Shown here one piece after another: positions 61,886-64,000 of a stretch of DNA of 64,000 nucleotides (its first letter is position 1; the number at the start of each line of letters is the position of its first letter). The DNA lies in contig NIVC01000723.1 of assembly GCA_002269645.1 (NCBI GenBank), positions 124,001 to 188,000 on the forward strand. The letters run 5' to 3'. This stretch comes from Macrostomum lignano (taxonomy: Eukaryota). The position numbers and the translations under genes were made by a program. Below the pieces are notes generated by a model. It made no database searches, was not told where the DNA came from, and saw only the letters and a list, made by a program, of their open reading frames with translations.

Positions 61886-62634
61886 CCTCAGTCTTACACC
61901 GCTAGTCTCTGTTTCCCTCTTACCTGTACTCTCATTCTCTCAAACATCACCAACCCGGTCTCCTCTGCCCTCTACCGGCATCCGCTGCCCCTGCATCCGC
62001 CTTCGCAGCAACAACTGCCTCAACACACGGCGCAATTAAAAGCAGAAATGACTGGAGCAGCCAGACACCAGAGTTCGTCAGCAGAAACCGGATCCTCGGC
62101 TGCTGGAAAAAATTGCGCTGCCCCGAGAAGAAGCTACAAAAGTTCGAAATCTGTCTAATTGCCATCGTCCTTGTGTGGAGAGAATTTCGAATCTTTTCGG
62201 GAGGCGAATAAAAACTGAGGGACGCGAGCTCCATCCCTACCGAAGGAGCCGATGATGACTGCTTCTTTTCTCTCTCTTGAGTTGGTCTTAAGCAGGGCAG
62301 CGGAAGAGGAGTTCAAGTTGAAGAGGCCCCCTGACCATCCTGGCTACCTCACTTCTCTAGAGCGCGAAAAGCGGTTTTCTCTGTGTGAGCAGTTCTCTCA
62401 GTGTGTGTGCTTTCCACTCCAGATGTTAAAGCACTCAGCAAGCAGCCCATTCAACCCAGTCAATACAGGTTAGCTGACCCAACTTAAATCCTCGCTGCGG
62501 TTCAAGTTTGAACTATAGTTACGAGGCTCTGTGATCATCTCAAAATTGTTTTGACGTTTTGGAGCAGGAAGTTCTTACGATTCGTAGCGATCTTTTGAGA
62601 ATTTTAGTCATCACGCTTCACTCGTAGCTTGTTG

Positions 62635-63530
62635 AGCCAATCAGGAGGCAGCTTGCACGTCTGAGCCAATCAGATAGCTAGCACTCCTAAGCCAATCATC
62701 AGGTAGCTAACACGTCTGAGCCAATCAGATAGCTAGCACTCCTAAGCCAATCACGAGGTAGCTTGCACGTCTGAGCCAATCAGATAGCTAGCACTCCTAA
62801 GCCAATCATGAGGTAGCTAACACGTCTGAGCCAATCAGATAGCTAACACTCCTAAGCCAATCACGAGGTAGCTAACACGTCTGAGCCAATCAGATAGCTA
62901 GCACTCCTAAGCCAATCATGAGGTAGCTAACACGTCTGAGCCAATCAGATAGCTAACACTCCTAAGCCAATCACGAGGTAGCTAACACGTCTGAGCCAAT
63001 CAGATAGCTAGCACTCCTCAGCCAATCAGGGTAGCTAACACGTCTGAGCCAATCAGATAGCTAACACTCCTAAGCCAATCACGAGGTAGCTAACACGTCT
63101 GAGCCAATCAGATAGCTAACACTCCTAAGCCAATCATGAGGTAGCTAACACGTCTGAGCCAATCAGATAGCTAGCACTCCTCAGCCAATCAGGGTAGCTA
63201 ACACGTCTGAGCCAATCAGATAGCTAACACTCCTAAGCCAATCAGGAGGTAGCTAACACATCTTAGCCAATCAGATAGCAGCACTCCTAAGCCAATCATG
63301 AGGTAGCTAACACGTCTGAGCCAATCAGGAGATAGCTAGCACTTCTGAGCCAATCAGGAGATAGCTAGCACTTCTGAGCCAATCAGGAGATAGCTAGCAC
63401 GTCTGAGCCAATCAGGAGATAGCTAACACATCTGAGCCAATCAGGAGATAGCTAGCACGTCTGAGCCAATCAGGAGATAGCTAGCACGTCTGAGCCAATC
63501 AGGAGATAGCTAGCACGTCCGAGCCAACCA
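62635..63530. repeat. AGCCAATCAG-containing tandem repeat (alternating ~26/29-bp units, then 28-bp units)
   Basis: gagccaatcagatagctagcactcctaagccaatcatgaggtagctaacacgtct, repeated. Confidence 0.93.
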
Positions 63531-64000
63531 AAGGGTATCTGCTTTAAAAAACAACAGAATACAATTAATTGCAGCTAAAACTTGCGAAAGATTTCTATCA
63601 AGTCGCTTTTTGATCCGCAGTAGACTTAAAGGTCAAATACGAACCGACAGCGCCAACATTAATGCCAGGGGCTTATTATATGAAGAAGGCAGCGAAAAAA
63701 CTTCCTGAGCGCTGAAGGCAAATATTCCCCTCCCCCTATCTTTGTTGAGCATCAGTTTGCATTGTGAGCTCCAAGTTTCCAGCTTCCTCTCTGAGCTAAT
63801 ATAGACTCCAGCTTCCTCCCAGCAGCGGCCGGATCAATGGGAGGCCACAGAATCGGAGAAACAGATCCGGGACGTTTGGGATTCTGGGAAAAATATCCCA
63901 TGTATCCCTAGCCACCAAGGAAAGGGAAGCGAACTCGGGGCCATCGGGGAACTCATGGCGTGCTCGAAGGCTGGTAATAAATCTTGCGCCACGATTCTCA

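Noticed and set aside
61234-62039. His/Ser-rich ORFs
   Set aside because: (CTCTCA)n microsatellite.
61947-62234. Minus-strand ORF with a hydrophobic stretch (possible secreted precursor)
   Set aside because: No downstream exon or cleavage pattern found; insufficient support.

Overview
This is gene-rich, intron-containing metazoan genomic DNA. GC-rich exons with poly-Q/P/A tracts and minisatellite-filled introns suggest a Macrostomum-like free-living flatworm; that is an inference, not a database result. Gene models were rebuilt by hand from splice sites and frame continuity: (1) a 10-exon furin-like proprotein convertase (minus, 1678-16131) with a GC-AG intron; (2) head-to-head with it, an 8-exon lysyl-oxidase-like gene with two SRCR domains (plus, 17078-21089); (3) a GnRH/AKH/corazonin-receptor-like GPCR (plus, ~21968-30298) with an unresolved start codon, whose last intron holds a degenerate full-length Ty3/gypsy element (24040-29307, CAAT target-site duplication, tRNA-Leu PBS); (4) an intronless TIS11/TTP-type tandem-CCCH gene with atypical, Roquin-like fingers; (5) a small secreted orphan protein; (6) a two-exon FMRFamide-receptor-like GPCR; (7) a Pro-rich/coiled-coil gene; (8) a multi-exon gene of unknown function; (9) the first exon of a third GPCR. 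The rest is more than 30 tandem-repeat arrays, two tRNA-derived SINE families and LINE fragments. Most long ORFs in the supplied track are translations of tandem repeats. No convincing wholly new multi-gene system was found. The best leads are possible spliced-leader-supplied start codons, divergent CCCH fingers, exons bracketed by inverted repeats, and minisatellites that copy splice signals.
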